A DNA stretch of 64,000 nt from Candidatus Omnitrophota bacterium (GTDB taxonomy: Bacteria; Omnitrophota; Omnitrophia; Omnitrophales; Aquincolibacteriaceae). The DNA lies in the NCBI GenBank assembly GCA_043732705.1, contig JAYTHE010000040.1, forward strand, positions 3,250 through 67,249. Reading direction: 5' to 3'. Made by a program: the position numbers and the translations under genes. The notes below the pieces were generated by a model. It did no database searches and was not told the origin of the DNA. It saw nothing but the letters and a program-made list of their open reading frames with translations. Within the stretch, counting starts at the first letter, position 1, and each line of letters starts with the position of its first letter. Below are positions 52,156 to 61,918 of the stretch, piece by piece.

Positions 52156-53030
52156 TGAAAAAAGTGATTCTTTTTTTACTTTCGTTTGCGCTTGTGCTGG
52201 CTCTCGCAGTGATTCTTTCGCCGTTGATTTATCCGCACTTCCATTTTAAGTTTGAACGCATTTTTAACCGCATAGTGATGATCGGTGTTTTGGTTTGCGT
52301 CGCGGTTTTTGTACGTATTCGTAAAGAAACTTTTATTCAATATGGCTTGGCCTGGGAAAAAGAGAGCTTGCGCCAGCTTTTGGCGGGTTTTATCACTACC
52401 GTTGCTGTGCTTTCACTTTACGTGGTATTTCAAAAGCTTTTCGGCGAAGCCGTAGTTTCTTTTCAAAATATTGGAATAGGGAAATGGATTTCCCGGATTA
52501 TTTTGGCGGCATTAACGGGGTTATTGATAGGGGCAATCGAAGAGTTCTTTTTCAGAGGAACGGTGTTTAATGCCTGCCGGTGGCTCTGGGCTTCGCCCAA
52601 TCGCAATTACAAAACAGGCTTGGCGGCGAGTCTATTTGTAACGAATATTTTTTATGCAATTGTGCATTTTGTGCATGCCAAAAGGCCTTTTGTTGATTCA
52701 ACGCCTGATTTTCACGATAGTTTAAAATTATTAGCCGCGCCGCTGGCTTCTTTTTCAGAGATAGGGCAGTTTTGGCCGGGGTTAGTCGGACTCTTGATTT
52801 TTGGGCTCATGCTCAACGGACTGTATCTTCGCACCAAATCGCTTTATGCTTCGATTGGCCTGCATGCCGGCGCTGTTTTCTTTATTAAAACCGATGGTTT
52901 GCTTGTCAATTTTGGTTCGCATAATCTTTTATGGGGTTCCGGAAAAATGTACGACGGCATCATGGGTTGGGCCGCACTTGCCGCTCTTTACGGGGTCCTG
53001 ATTCTTTTTACTAAGAAGTCCGAACATTAA
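52155..53030 (+). CDS. CPBP-family intramembrane metalloprotease (CAAX protease-like)
   Basis: ...GAIEEFFFRG... (the EExxxR motif), ...FYAIVHFVH... and a second His motif in a polytopic membrane protein. Confidence 0.7.
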   Translation: MKKVILFLLSFALVLALAVILSPLIYPHFHFKFERIFNRIVMIGVLVCVAVFVRIRKETFIQYGLAWEKESLRQLLAGFITTVAVLSLYVVFQKLFGEAVVSFQNIGIGKWISRIILAALTGLLIGAIEEFFFRGTVFNACRWLWASPNRNYKTGLAASLFVTNIFYAIVHFVHAKRPFVDSTPDFHDSLKLLAAPLASFSEIGQFWPGLVGLLIFGLMLNGLYLRTKSLYASIGLHAGAVFFIKTDGLLVNFGSHNLLWGSGKMYDGIMGWAALAALYGVLILFTKKSEH

Positions 53031-53035
53031 TTTAC

Positions 53036-54169
53036 ATGCTTTATTTTGACTATAACGCTACGACACCGCTGGACCCAGAAGTTTTGGATGCTATGCTGCC
53101 TTTTCTGAAGGAGCATTATGGCAATCCTTCCAGCCTGCATTCCGCGGGCCGCATACCCGCAAAAGGTTTGCGCGATGCGCGCCGCGATTCTGCCAAACTG
53201 ATCGGTGCTTTGCGCGAGGAAGAAATTATTTTTACAAGCGGCGGTACGGAAAGCAATACTGCTGCCATTCGAGCCGCTCTGGCTGCATTGCCCGAAAGAA
53301 AAGAAATTATAACGAGCTGCGTCGAGCATTCGAGCGTTTTAAAACTTTGCCGCGAGCTTGCTCAGCACGGCTATAAAGTCCATGAGGTTGGCGTGGATGA
53401 TCAGGGGCGCCTTGAAACGGATGTGTTTTTTGAAGTGCTTTCCAATAAAACAGCCCTGGTCGCTCTCATGCTTTCGAATAATGAAACCGGCGTTTATTTT
53501 CCGCTGGAATCACTGGGCGAAAAAATCCGTGAGGCAGGCGCAATTTATTTTGTTGATGCCGTTCAGTCTGCGGGAAAAATGGAAGTGAATGCCGCTAAAC
53601 TCGGATGCGATTTTCTTTCACTTTCATCGCATAAACTTTATGGTCCCAAAGGTTCCGGAGTTTTATATCACCGCAAAGCCGCGCCTTTCAGCGCGCTTGT
53701 TTGGGGCGGCTCGCAGGAACGTAAACGCCGCGGCGGAACGGAAAATGTTCCGGGGATTGTTGGAACCGGAAAGGCCTGCGAAATCGCGATGAAGCATCTC
53801 GTCGAAGAACAAAAAAGACTTCTCGTTTTGCGTGATCAATTTGAAACCAAGCTTCAAAATAAAATTTCCGGTGTTTGTGTGCATGGCGCCGCAGCGGAAA
53901 GACTTGTAAATACCAGTAATATGGCTTTTGAAGGAGTGGATGCGGAAGCTTTGCTTGCGGCATTGGATCAGAAAGAAATTTGTGTTTCATCGGGCTCCGC
54001 TTGCATGAGCGGTGCGGGCAGTCCCTCGCATGTGATCAAGGCTATGGGTTTTCCGGACGCGCATGCGCGCTCAACCTTGCGTTTTAGCTTCGGACGGTTT
54101 ACAAAGTTGGAAGAAATTGATATTTTAATTTCAGAACTTATTTTCGCGCTGGAAAGAATCAGAGGATAA
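53036..54169 (+). CDS. Cysteine desulfurase (class V aminotransferase, NifS/IscS-like)
   Basis: ...FTSGGTESNT..., the PLP-Lys region ...SLSSHKLYGPKG..., and the active-site Cys in ...SSGSACMSG... Confidence 0.85.
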   Translation: MLYFDYNATTPLDPEVLDAMLPFLKEHYGNPSSLHSAGRIPAKGLRDARRDSAKLIGALREEEIIFTSGGTESNTAAIRAALAALPERKEIITSCVEHSSVLKLCRELAQHGYKVHEVGVDDQGRLETDVFFEVLSNKTALVALMLSNNETGVYFPLESLGEKIREAGAIYFVDAVQSAGKMEVNAAKLGCDFLSLSSHKLYGPKGSGVLYHRKAAPFSALVWGGSQERKRRGGTENVPGIVGTGKACEIAMKHLVEEQKRLLVLRDQFETKLQNKISGVCVHGAAAERLVNTSNMAFEGVDAEALLAALDQKEICVSSGSACMSGAGSPSHVIKAMGFPDAHARSTLRFSFGRFTKLEEIDILISELIFALERIRG

Positions 54170-54174
54170 AGATT

Positions 54175-55200
54175 ATGACGAGTGGAGATTTAAATCAGCA
54201 AAGTGTTTTGAAAGTTTTGCAATCCGTCGAAGACCCGGTGCAGGCTAAAAACCTGGTTGTGCTTGGCATGATTCGCGAAGTCGAAGTGGATCATGGCGCG
54301 GTATTTGTGCATTTACAATCCGCGCAAAATGATGCGGGTTATCTTCAAAAATTAAAAGCTGCCGTTGAATCCGCCGTCAAGGCTGCCGGAGCTGCAACGG
54401 TTCAGGTTCAAATCTCGCAGGGAAAATCAGTGGGGGTGACGGAAGATAAAACCCAGGACTCTGCAGGGATTCGTCATGTTGTGACCGTTGGTGCGGGCAA
54501 AGGCGGAGTCGGAAAATCAACGGTTTCGGTTAACCTCGCGCTTGCGCTTCATGCCAAAGGTTTTAAAGTTGGAATTATGGATGGAGATATTTACGGACCG
54601 AATTTACCGCTCATGCTTGGGATTCCGGACGGCACAAAGCCGCGTGTTTCAGCAGAAAGCAAATTGATTCCGATCGAAGCACATGGCATTAAAGTTATTT
54701 CAATCGGATTGCTGGTTGCCAAAGATCAGCCCATGGTTTGGCGTGGGCCGATGCTGCATAGCGCTGTTCAGCAATTTCTTCAAAAAGTGGAATGGGGTCA
54801 GCTTGATTTTCTGGTGGTGGATTTGCCGCCCGGGACAGGCGATATTCAGCTTTCACTTGTGCAATCTACAAAAATATCAGGCGCAGTTGTTGTTTCAACT
54901 CCGCAAGAAGTCGCGCTTGAAGACGTCCGTAAAGCAGTTGTCATGTTTAATCATTTAAAAGTTCCTGTGCTGGGCATGGTTGAGAATATGACAGGCGATA
55001 TTTTTGGGCGGGGCGGAGCGGAAAAGGCCGCGAATCAATTGCAAATTCCATTTCTCGGAACCGTAGAGTTAGACGCGAAAATCCGCATTGCTGGTGACTC
55101 CGGAAATCCGATTTTGATTGCGCATCCCGAAAGTCAAGCTGCGAAGCAATTCACGCAAATCGCGGACAAAGTCATCGCATCAGTAGCCCAACCTGCTTGA
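54175..55200 (+). CDS. apbC: Mrp/NBP35-family Fe-S cluster carrier ATPase (ApbC) with an N-terminal DUF59/MIP18 domain
   Basis: Deviant Walker A ...VGAGKGGVGKSTVS...; the CxxC-equivalent region; an N-terminal MIP18-like 100 aa. Confidence 0.85.
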   Translation: MTSGDLNQQSVLKVLQSVEDPVQAKNLVVLGMIREVEVDHGAVFVHLQSAQNDAGYLQKLKAAVESAVKAAGAATVQVQISQGKSVGVTEDKTQDSAGIRHVVTVGAGKGGVGKSTVSVNLALALHAKGFKVGIMDGDIYGPNLPLMLGIPDGTKPRVSAESKLIPIEAHGIKVISIGLLVAKDQPMVWRGPMLHSAVQQFLQKVEWGQLDFLVVDLPPGTGDIQLSLVQSTKISGAVVVSTPQEVALEDVRKAVVMFNHLKVPVLGMVENMTGDIFGRGGAEKAANQLQIPFLGTVELDAKIRIAGDSGNPILIAHPESQAAKQFTQIADKVIASVAQPA

Positions 55201-55266
55201 GAACGGGCTTGAGGGGCCCTTGCTTAGTCTTTGATTTACGGTTAGTTTTAATTGAGGGAGGGCTTT

Positions 55267-56190
55267 ATGCGCCATATCAATATGGATTTGGTCCGTGTTA
55301 CTGAAGCCGCCGCCATCGCAGCATCGGCCTGGATCGGCAGCGGTGACAAAATTTCAGCGGATAAAGCCGCGACTGAAGCCATGCGCCATCGCCTCAATCA
55401 AATGGATTTTGCGGGAAGGATTGTCATTGGTGAGGGAATCAAAGACAAAAGTCCTGGCCTCTTCGAAGGCGAAAAGCTCGGTAAACTTCAACGTAACCCT
55501 GATTCTGAATATTATGAACTCGCGGTAGATCCGATTGATGGTACGCGCCCAACCGTAACTGCCGGGCCTGAAGCTATGAGTGTGCTTGCCGTAGCGGAAC
55601 ACAAAGCTCTTTTTTCAACACCCGAGTTTTATATGAATAAACTCGCTTACGGCTCGCAAATCGCGGCCAAAACCAAACTCAATATCGCGGATCCGCTTTC
55701 GAAAATTGTGCAGCAGGTTTCAGCGGCACTCAACAAAGAAACTTCTAAAATCACCGTTTGCATGCTCGACCGTCCGCGGCATGAAAAATGGATCACCGAA
55801 CTCCGTAGTTTGGGTGTACGCATTAAATTGATTCAAGACTGCGACGTTTCCGGTTCGATTGCAGCCTGTTTGCCGTTTAGCGGTATTGATTTTCTTTATG
55901 GTGTTGGCGGCGCTCCGGAAGGCGTGATTTCGGCTTGCGCGATTAAATGTTTGCGCGGTGGATTTCAGGCGCAAGTCATTAATAAAGAAACTGTCAAATT
56001 CACGGACGGAAAAATTTACGAATCCGAGGATTTGGTACGCGGCCCCTGTGCTTTTGTTGCGACAGGAATTACTACAGGCAGTCTTTTAAAAGGCGTCAGA
56101 TATAAAGGCCAATTTCCCGAAACCCATTCCGTCTTTATGCGTTCGGAATCCTCGACCATTCGCTGGATGACTACTTACCACGGAAATTAA
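55267..56190 (+). CDS. glpX: Fructose-1,6-bisphosphatase class II
   Basis: ...RVTEAAAIAASAWIGSGDK..., ...DPIDGTRPT... and an overall GlpX-like sequence. I chose the start at MRHINMDL. Confidence 0.85.
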   Translation: MRHINMDLVRVTEAAAIAASAWIGSGDKISADKAATEAMRHRLNQMDFAGRIVIGEGIKDKSPGLFEGEKLGKLQRNPDSEYYELAVDPIDGTRPTVTAGPEAMSVLAVAEHKALFSTPEFYMNKLAYGSQIAAKTKLNIADPLSKIVQQVSAALNKETSKITVCMLDRPRHEKWITELRSLGVRIKLIQDCDVSGSIAACLPFSGIDFLYGVGGAPEGVISACAIKCLRGGFQAQVINKETVKFTDGKIYESEDLVRGPCAFVATGITTGSLLKGVRYKGQFPETHSVFMRSESSTIRWMTTYHGN

Positions 56191-56279
56191 TATTCTCAGA
56201 CGGTCTTCTTCAAAAGTAAAATTTTTTTATTTATTAACATCTGCTTGCTTCGTCAAAGATTAGCAGAGAGAATAAGTCA

Positions 56280-56972
56280 ATGATTTATACCACCCTGCTT
56301 TTTTTTACATTTTTCTCAGCATTATTTTCACCGCTTGCATTGGCGGCGGACGATAAGCCGCTTCTGCCGGAAATTTACTTGAACGGAAAAATTCAAAATC
56401 CGACGGTTCAGGAACTGGGTGGCATAGGTACAAGGCCATTGCGGCTCTTGGTTGAAAAAAACAACAAGGCTCATGGGGATGAATTAATTCAAGTTTATGC
56501 CATGGGAACGCGTGAAGGCGATTATTTTAGAATAGCATTAGTTCCTCCTGCGCCCGGTACCCGCGTAACGCTTTACAAATTAATAAAAAATCCGGATGGT
56601 GACCGCTTTTTTACACTGCCCATTTCAATTTATTACGGCGAAAAAGGAGAGGCGGCTTATCATGAGAAAATCGCGCCGTATATATCGGAATATCTGATCA
56701 TTGCTTTTGAGCAAACAGAGTCGCCCGGTAAAAAAAGCAATAATCAACTTTATTTTGAAGAGCGCGCGAGAAACTTGGCCGTTAAATCCATTAAACCCAA
56801 TATCAAACTTTCGTCTTTAAAATTAAAAATGAAAGATGTCGCGAGCCAAGAGAAGTCTTTTACCTATGACGCGCAGGAATTGATCGACCGGTTTATTAAT
56901 CCCCAAAGAATTTTTGTGGTCAGGCTTTGGAAAGATGAACGCGTTGTTAATCCGGCACAGGACTCATTATGA
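56280..56972 (+). CDS. Hypothetical secreted protein
   Basis: N-terminal signal peptide (...FSALFSPLALAADD...). I recognise no motif. Confidence 0.4.
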   Translation: MIYTTLLFFTFFSALFSPLALAADDKPLLPEIYLNGKIQNPTVQELGGIGTRPLRLLVEKNNKAHGDELIQVYAMGTREGDYFRIALVPPAPGTRVTLYKLIKNPDGDRFFTLPISIYYGEKGEAAYHEKIAPYISEYLIIAFEQTESPGKKSNNQLYFEERARNLAVKSIKPNIKLSSLKLKMKDVASQEKSFTYDAQELIDRFINPQRIFVVRLWKDERVVNPAQDSL

Positions 56973-57562
56973 CGCAGGCTTATTCCTTGGTGAATTTGCA
57001 GCAGGGAACTTCTGATTGGCTGAATTGGCGTTTTGAAGGCATCGGTGCGTCGGACGCGCCCGCGATTATGGGCGAAAACCCCTGGAAAAGCCGGTCGCGG
57101 CTGATGAAGGAAAAGCGCGAAAGAAAAAAAGTAAAGTTGAATGCGGCCATGATTCGCGGAACTGAACTTGAGCCCGAAGCGCGCCAATGTTACGAGAAAA
57201 AATTTGGAATTGCTGTCCCTCCCGCATGTTTGCAAAGTTTAGCACACACCTGGATGCGCGCGAGTGTGGATGGAATGACGCCATGCGGCAGTAAGGTGAT
57301 CGAAATTAAATGCGGTGAGGGTGCTTATTGGAACTCGGCTGCTTCGGGTGTTGTGCCCGTCTACTATATGGGGCAATTACAGCATATTCTTTCTGTTACG
57401 GGTTTGCAGACGATAGATTACTGGTGTTATGTGCCGTCTAAACCCGAAATTCATATCGAAGTTGAGCGTGATGAGTTGTATATCGCGCGTCTCATCGAAA
57501 TGGAAAAGTTGTTTTGGCATGAATTGTCTGAAAGCCGGATTTTTGAGACGAAAGTTGATTGA
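56969..57562 (+). CDS. YqaJ-like phage-type exonuclease domain protein (PD-(D/E)xK)
   Basis: ...WLNWRFEGIGASDAPAIMGENPWKSRSRLMKEK... closely mirrors the YqaJ/lambda-exonuclease family N-terminus (GIGGSDAAAILG..SP..TP..LW..K). Confidence 0.55.
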   Translation: MTQAYSLVNLQQGTSDWLNWRFEGIGASDAPAIMGENPWKSRSRLMKEKRERKKVKLNAAMIRGTELEPEARQCYEKKFGIAVPPACLQSLAHTWMRASVDGMTPCGSKVIEIKCGEGAYWNSAASGVVPVYYMGQLQHILSVTGLQTIDYWCYVPSKPEIHIEVERDELYIARLIEMEKLFWHELSESRIFETKVD

Positions 57563-57572
57563 ATTAAAAACT

Positions 57573-57640
57573 AGCTCGTTAAATCTGCTCAGACAGCGGA
57601 AGCTTCGCTCCGAACTCGCAGCTTAAACGAGCTGTTTTTG
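57573..57640 (+). terminator. Long stem-loop followed by a T-run after the YqaJ-like gene; its loop carries the TCTGCTCAGACAG motif
   Basis: AGCTCGTT (57573-57580) pairs with AACGAGCT (57626-57633), followed by GTTTTTG. The loop contains TCTGCTCAGACAGCGG and CGCTCCGAACTCGC. Confidence 0.45.
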
Positions 57641-57756
57641 TTCATTCATGCCCTGGTGGGTAGAGGCTAGAAGCGGTTAAACGCTTTTGCGTTTCCTGTT
57701 TTAAAAACTCCCGGGGTTCGGCAAAGCTGATCCCCGGGAGTTGAGATGGTAAAAAA

Positions 57757-58422
57757 ATGAATGAAATTAAAATCGATAAGCTTGTTAGATCCAAACGCAG
57801 ATCGATCGCGCTCAGCATTGCGCCCGATGCGACCCTTGTCGTGCGGGCGCCGCTTGCGGTATCTTTGAAATATATTGAAGCTTTAGTTGAGAAACAAAAA
57901 GTCTGGATTTATAAAAAGAAGCAATTAGCTTTGCGAAACGGCCCGGTCAAATCCAAGCAATTTATAAATGGCGAAGAATTTTTGTTTCTGGGTGAAACCT
58001 ATAAACTAAAAATTCAAGACTGCTGGGAAATTGAATTAAAAGACGAACTGATTTTTCCGGAAAGATATCTGGTCAAAGCAAAGACGAGAATCATTGCTTG
58101 GTATAAAGAACAAGCCTTCGAAAAAATTACCGAAAGCGCCGCGCACTATAGCCGGATTTCGGGCTGGAAATATAAAACAATTAATATTACCAGCGCGAAA
58201 GGGCGCTGGGGCTCATGCAGCGCAAGCGGTTCGATTAATTTCAGCTGGAAATTGATTATGGCGCCTTTTGACGTGGTTGAATACGTGGTGGTGCATGAAT
58301 TGGCGCATGTTACCGAGAAAAATCATTCCCCGCGGTTTTGGAATAAAGTAAAAAATATTTTACCTGATTATAAGATTCAGGAAAAGTGGCTCAAGGAAAA
58401 TGGTAAAAATTTAATCCTGTAA
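57757..58422 (+). CDS. DUF45 / YgjP-family metal-dependent hydrolase (zincin-like)
   Basis: ...VVEYVVVHELAHVTEKNHSPRFW... is the HExxH motif characteristic of the YgjP/DUF45 family. Confidence 0.7.
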   Translation: MNEIKIDKLVRSKRRSIALSIAPDATLVVRAPLAVSLKYIEALVEKQKVWIYKKKQLALRNGPVKSKQFINGEEFLFLGETYKLKIQDCWEIELKDELIFPERYLVKAKTRIIAWYKEQAFEKITESAAHYSRISGWKYKTINITSAKGRWGSCSASGSINFSWKLIMAPFDVVEYVVVHELAHVTEKNHSPRFWNKVKNILPDYKIQEKWLKENGKNLIL

Positions 58423-58544
58423 TTTTATGGAAAAATGTAAAAACTGCAGCGAAGAGTTTGAGGAAGATTTAAGCGATGAAGGGCTTTGTGAAGATTGCGC
58501 GGACGAAGCCGGGCAAGCCGCTGAAGAATTGCAGGGCGAGGAAG

Positions 58545-59009
58545 ATGATGTTTGAAATTTATGTTGATGCGGATGCTTGTCCCGTAAAGCAGGAAGTGAT
58601 TAAGGTTGCAAAACGCTATCAACTGCCGGTGACTTTTGTTTCAAACTCCTGGATGACCATTCCCAACTCAGAAGGAACAAAACTCGAAGTCGTCGAAAGC
58701 AAACAGCTTGATGCCGCGGATGATTGGATTGTGGAGCATGTTAAAAAAAATGATATCGTGATTACCGCGGATATTCCGTTAGCTTACCGTTGCGTGAAAA
58801 TCGGCGCGCAGGTTTTGGGTTTAAGCGGGCGTATTTTTACGGAAGCTAATATCGGACAGGTTTTGGCGATGCGCGATTTAATGTCGGGTTTGCGTGAATC
58901 GGGAGAAGTTTCGGGCGGCGGCCCGGCGCCTTTTCAACCGCAGGACCGCTCGAAGTTTTTGCATAGTTTGGATCAGATTATTCAAACAGTTAAACGCAGC
59001 GAGGGTTAA
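58545..59009 (+). CDS. YaiI/YqxD-family protein (UPF0178, DUF188)
   Basis: ...IYVDADACPVK... N-terminus and ...ITADIPLA... block. I chose the start at the internal MMFEIYVD. Confidence 0.6.
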   Translation: MMFEIYVDADACPVKQEVIKVAKRYQLPVTFVSNSWMTIPNSEGTKLEVVESKQLDAADDWIVEHVKKNDIVITADIPLAYRCVKIGAQVLGLSGRIFTEANIGQVLAMRDLMSGLRESGEVSGGGPAPFQPQDRSKFLHSLDQIIQTVKRSEG

Positions 59010-59408
59010 ATGAACGATGAAATTGAAAACATTTTAAAATCATCCAAAGTGATCGCTGTTGTTGGGATTTCGGCGAAGCCTGGACGGGCAAGCGGGCATG
59101 TCGCGGAATATTTACTGGAGCATGGTTACAAAATTATCCCCGTGAATCCACAAATTGAAACCTGGCAGGGAATGAAGGTTTATCCGGATTTAAAGGCAAT
59201 CCCGGAAAAAGTCGACTTGGTGGATATTTTTAGGAAGCCGGAAGATGTTCTGCCAATTGTTGACGAAGCGATTGGCATCGGAGCGAAAGCTGTTTGGATG
59301 CAACTAGGGATTGTCAACGAAGCGGCCGCTGAACGAGCCCGCAAAGCCGGGTTAAAAGTAGTTATGGACCGCTGCACATTAATTGAGCATCAAAAGTTAT
59401 TAGGATAA
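59010..59408 (+). CDS. CoA-binding domain protein (YccU-like)
   Basis: ...IAVVGISAKPGRASG... Rossmann-like CoA-binding N-terminus; 132 aa. Confidence 0.65.
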   Translation: MNDEIENILKSSKVIAVVGISAKPGRASGHVAEYLLEHGYKIIPVNPQIETWQGMKVYPDLKAIPEKVDLVDIFRKPEDVLPIVDEAIGIGAKAVWMQLGIVNEAAAERARKAGLKVVMDRCTLIEHQKLLG

Positions 59409-59411
59409 CCT

Positions 59412-59648
59412 ATGGATTTCAAAGCAAAAATTCAAAAAGGTATTTACGAACATTATAAAGGTAACCGCTATGAAGTGATTGATCTTGGTTTTCATACCGA
59501 AGCCCGTGAGCCCGTCGTCATCTACAAGGCGCTTTACAAAGGTGATTTTCCTGATGGCACGCTTTGGGTAAGGCCGCTGGCGATGTTTCAAGAAAATATT
59601 TCCGTGAACGGTAAATCAATCCCGCGCTTTCGATTAATAAATTCTTGA
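59412..59648 (+). CDS. DUF1653-family small protein
   Basis: ...YEHYKGNRYEVI...EPVVIYKALY...LWVRPLAMF... matches DUF1653. Confidence 0.55.
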   Translation: MDFKAKIQKGIYEHYKGNRYEVIDLGFHTEAREPVVIYKALYKGDFPDGTLWVRPLAMFQENISVNGKSIPRFRLINS

Positions 59649-59664
59649 AAGTATTCATTTAAAA

Positions 59665-59700
59665 AATGGACTTAGATCTACTCAGACAGTTGCGTCCATT
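59665..59700 (+). repeat. 3' hairpin element: AATGGAC ... GTCCATT stem with the loop motif TCTACTCAGACAGTTGC
   Basis: Read directly. It begins 17 nt after the DUF1653 stop codon. Same loop-motif family as 15450-15487 and 57584-57599. Confidence 0.35.
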
Positions 59701-59928
59701 GGCTCAGAACTGTTATGTAAAGTGTCCACTATTTTTTTAAAAAAGACCGAACGTTGAAAACAAGGAAAATCTGAACGCACTGGTATTCGTGGCACAGCGT
59801 AAGCTGTCGCACTGAAATATGTTTCGTTAAATCAGTACCGGCTCTCTAACTCGCAAACGACCCAAAGGTCTGTTCTGAGCACGAGGCGTGCCGAAGACTG
59901 CAGGGATCCCAGATTTGCTTGTAGTGTT

Positions 59929-60285
59929 TTATCTTATTTCGTAAGGCCTTTGTTCTTTTAAAACGACATAGATTCGAGCTGTTAGTTTTCGAGCGACGGC
60001 AGTAATAGCGATTTGAGCGCCGCTCTGTTGATTACGTTTAGCTTTGATGCGGTGATAGAAATTTGCCAGTTCTTTATCTTTACGAATGGTAATCCAGGTG
60101 GCTTCGATGAGAAGCCCGCGGAGAACGCGATCACCTAGATGGCTAATGCGCCCCCGTCGGACGTTATCGCCGGTGGAACTTTCTCTTGGAACAAGACCCA
60201 CAGAAAGCGCCAAGTTCACGAACATTGCGAAGGTTTGCCGGATCCCCGATACGTGCGAGCAGAGCTGGTGCGATAACCGGCCCAA
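59929..60285 (-). pseudogene. IS110-family transposase, C-terminal fragment only (remnant)
   Basis: ...VGLVPRESSTGDNVRRGRISHLGDRVLRGLL...FYHRIKAKRNQQSGAQIAITAVARKLTARIYVVLK... matches the IS110 C-terminal Transposase_20 domain (VPRExSSG..R.GRISK.GN..LR..L). No N-terminal DEDD catalytic domain or terminal inverted repeats are present. Confidence 0.6.
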
Positions 60286-60536
60286 TGCCGGGAATGGATT
60301 CTAAAAGTTTGAGATGGTTGTAAATTAAGGACTCGGTCCGGCAGAGGAGCGAAGCTGCTTGAATCCGGCCTTGTTTTTTTTTAGCTCTGGGCTGCGTCCA
60401 ATCGCGCTAAAATCCGGATAATCCTCTTACATTGCTTTGCGCAAAAAGTGCAACCGCGTGCTTTCCGCGCCTAAAGCAACCGCCCTGAACATCCGATAAT
60501 ATAGGGTCGCAAATTTTGCGCGGGAGAGGTGCCTTT

Positions 60537-61346
60537 ATGTACGAATCATTCTTTGGTTTAAAAGAGTCGCCGTTTAATGTTACGCCTGATCCGCGCTTTG
60601 TCTATTTCAGCAAGCATCACCAGGAAGCGCTTTCCGCCATGCGTTACGGTGTTGAATACCGCCGTGGCTTTATTCAGGTGACCGGCGAAATCGGCGCCGG
60701 CAAAACAACGCTTTCACGCGCCCTTTTGGCCCAGCTCGGAGATGATGTTCACAGCGCGCTGATTCTCAATCCCAAACTATCTGATTTGGAACTTTTACAG
60801 ACAATCGTCGAAGATTTTGGTTTGAAGCCGGCTTCCAAAAAACGTAAGGCCTATTTTGATGCGTTGAATAAGTTTTTGCTCGAAGAAACGCAAAAAGGAA
60901 AAAACGCCGTCATCATCATTGATGAAGCCCAGCTTTTGACGCCGCGTTCGCTTGAGCAAATCCGCTTGCTTTCCAACCTCGAAACACCGAGTCAGAAACT
61001 TTTACAAATTATTTTAATCGGCCAGCCGGAGCTTAAAGATTTGATCGCGAGACCGGATTTGACGCAATTACGGCAGCGTATTACAGTGCGGTTTCATTTG
61101 CCCGCACTTTCGCACGAAGAAGTGGGGAATTATCTCGAGCAGCGCCTGCGGGTCGCAGGACTGACGGAAAAAGTCTTTTTGCAAGATGCGGTGCATATGA
61201 TTTCCGAATTTTCAGGCGGTATTCCGCGCGTGATCAATGTTTTGGCGGATCGTGCTATGCTAGGTGCCTATGCAAAGGGTATTAAAGAGGTGGACGCCGC
61301 TTTGGTTGAATGCGCGGCCGCAGATTTAGAAGGAGTTGCCGCATGA
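60537..61346 (+). CDS. ExeA/GspA-like AAA ATPase
   Basis: MYESFFGLKESPFN... N-terminus and Walker A GEIGAGKTTL, typical of the ExeA/MshM family. Confidence 0.65.
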   Translation: MYESFFGLKESPFNVTPDPRFVYFSKHHQEALSAMRYGVEYRRGFIQVTGEIGAGKTTLSRALLAQLGDDVHSALILNPKLSDLELLQTIVEDFGLKPASKKRKAYFDALNKFLLEETQKGKNAVIIIDEAQLLTPRSLEQIRLLSNLETPSQKLLQIILIGQPELKDLIARPDLTQLRQRITVRFHLPALSHEEVGNYLEQRLRVAGLTEKVFLQDAVHMISEFSGGIPRVINVLADRAMLGAYAKGIKEVDAALVECAAADLEGVAA

Positions 61347-61918
61347 GTTTGATTCAAGAAGCGCTTAATAAAACACATAATCGCGTTTCCGTTGCGCCTG
61401 AAAAAAAACAGTCTTTTCCCAAATCTCAGCCGCATATCGATGCTTTAAAGGGGTTGGGCGCGCTGGACCGCGAGGTTGAAAAAAAGATTTTTGAACTTCC
61501 TAAAAGAGAGCCGCGCAAAGTTGAATCAAAAAAACATCCGTTGGTTTTGGGATTGCTATTAGTTGTGCTGTTCGCAAGCGGCTTGATGTTTTGGGCGCAA
61601 AAGCATTTGGAAACGGAACCGGTTCCGCCGCTTACAGTGGCGATTGAACGGCATTCCATTCCTTCGAAAACAAACGCTGAAATGGCGGCGATTAATCAAG
61701 GTCTTGTCCAACCGGCCTTGAGTTCATCGGATGCGCGCGGACTTTTTTTTCTTTCCGGCATTGCATGGGGAGGGGCTCAGCCTTACGCGGTCATTAATGG
61801 ACAAATTTTACGCGCCGGTGAAATGGTAGAAAAAAAAGCTATTCTGCAAACGATCGAACGCGACCGTGTTACTTTAGATTATCGCGGCGAACTCATTCAA
61901 CTCGCAATTAAGCGCTAA
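61343..61918 (+). CDS. Membrane-anchored protein, possibly GspB/ExeB-like partner of ExeA
   Basis: A single transmembrane helix (...LVLGLLLVVLFASGLMFW...) and gene order after an ExeA-like ATPase. It is preceded by an AGGAG Shine-Dalgarno sequence. The functional call is weak. Confidence 0.35.
   Translation: MSLIQEALNKTHNRVSVAPEKKQSFPKSQPHIDALKGLGALDREVEKKIFELPKREPRKVESKKHPLVLGLLLVVLFASGLMFWAQKHLETEPVPPLTVAIERHSIPSKTNAEMAAINQGLVQPALSSSDARGLFFLSGIAWGGAQPYAVINGQILRAGEMVEKKAILQTIERDRVTLDYRGELIQLAIKR

Noticed and set aside
56969-57562. Calling the region a prophage on the basis of the YqaJ-like exonuclease
   Set aside because: It is a single phage-type gene without integrase, capsid, terminase or attachment-site repeats. 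I recorded it only as part of an accessory islet.
60086-60304. 72-aa + strand ORF opposite the transposase remnant
   Set aside because: It is the antisense strand of the IS110 C-terminal fragment, with no motifs.
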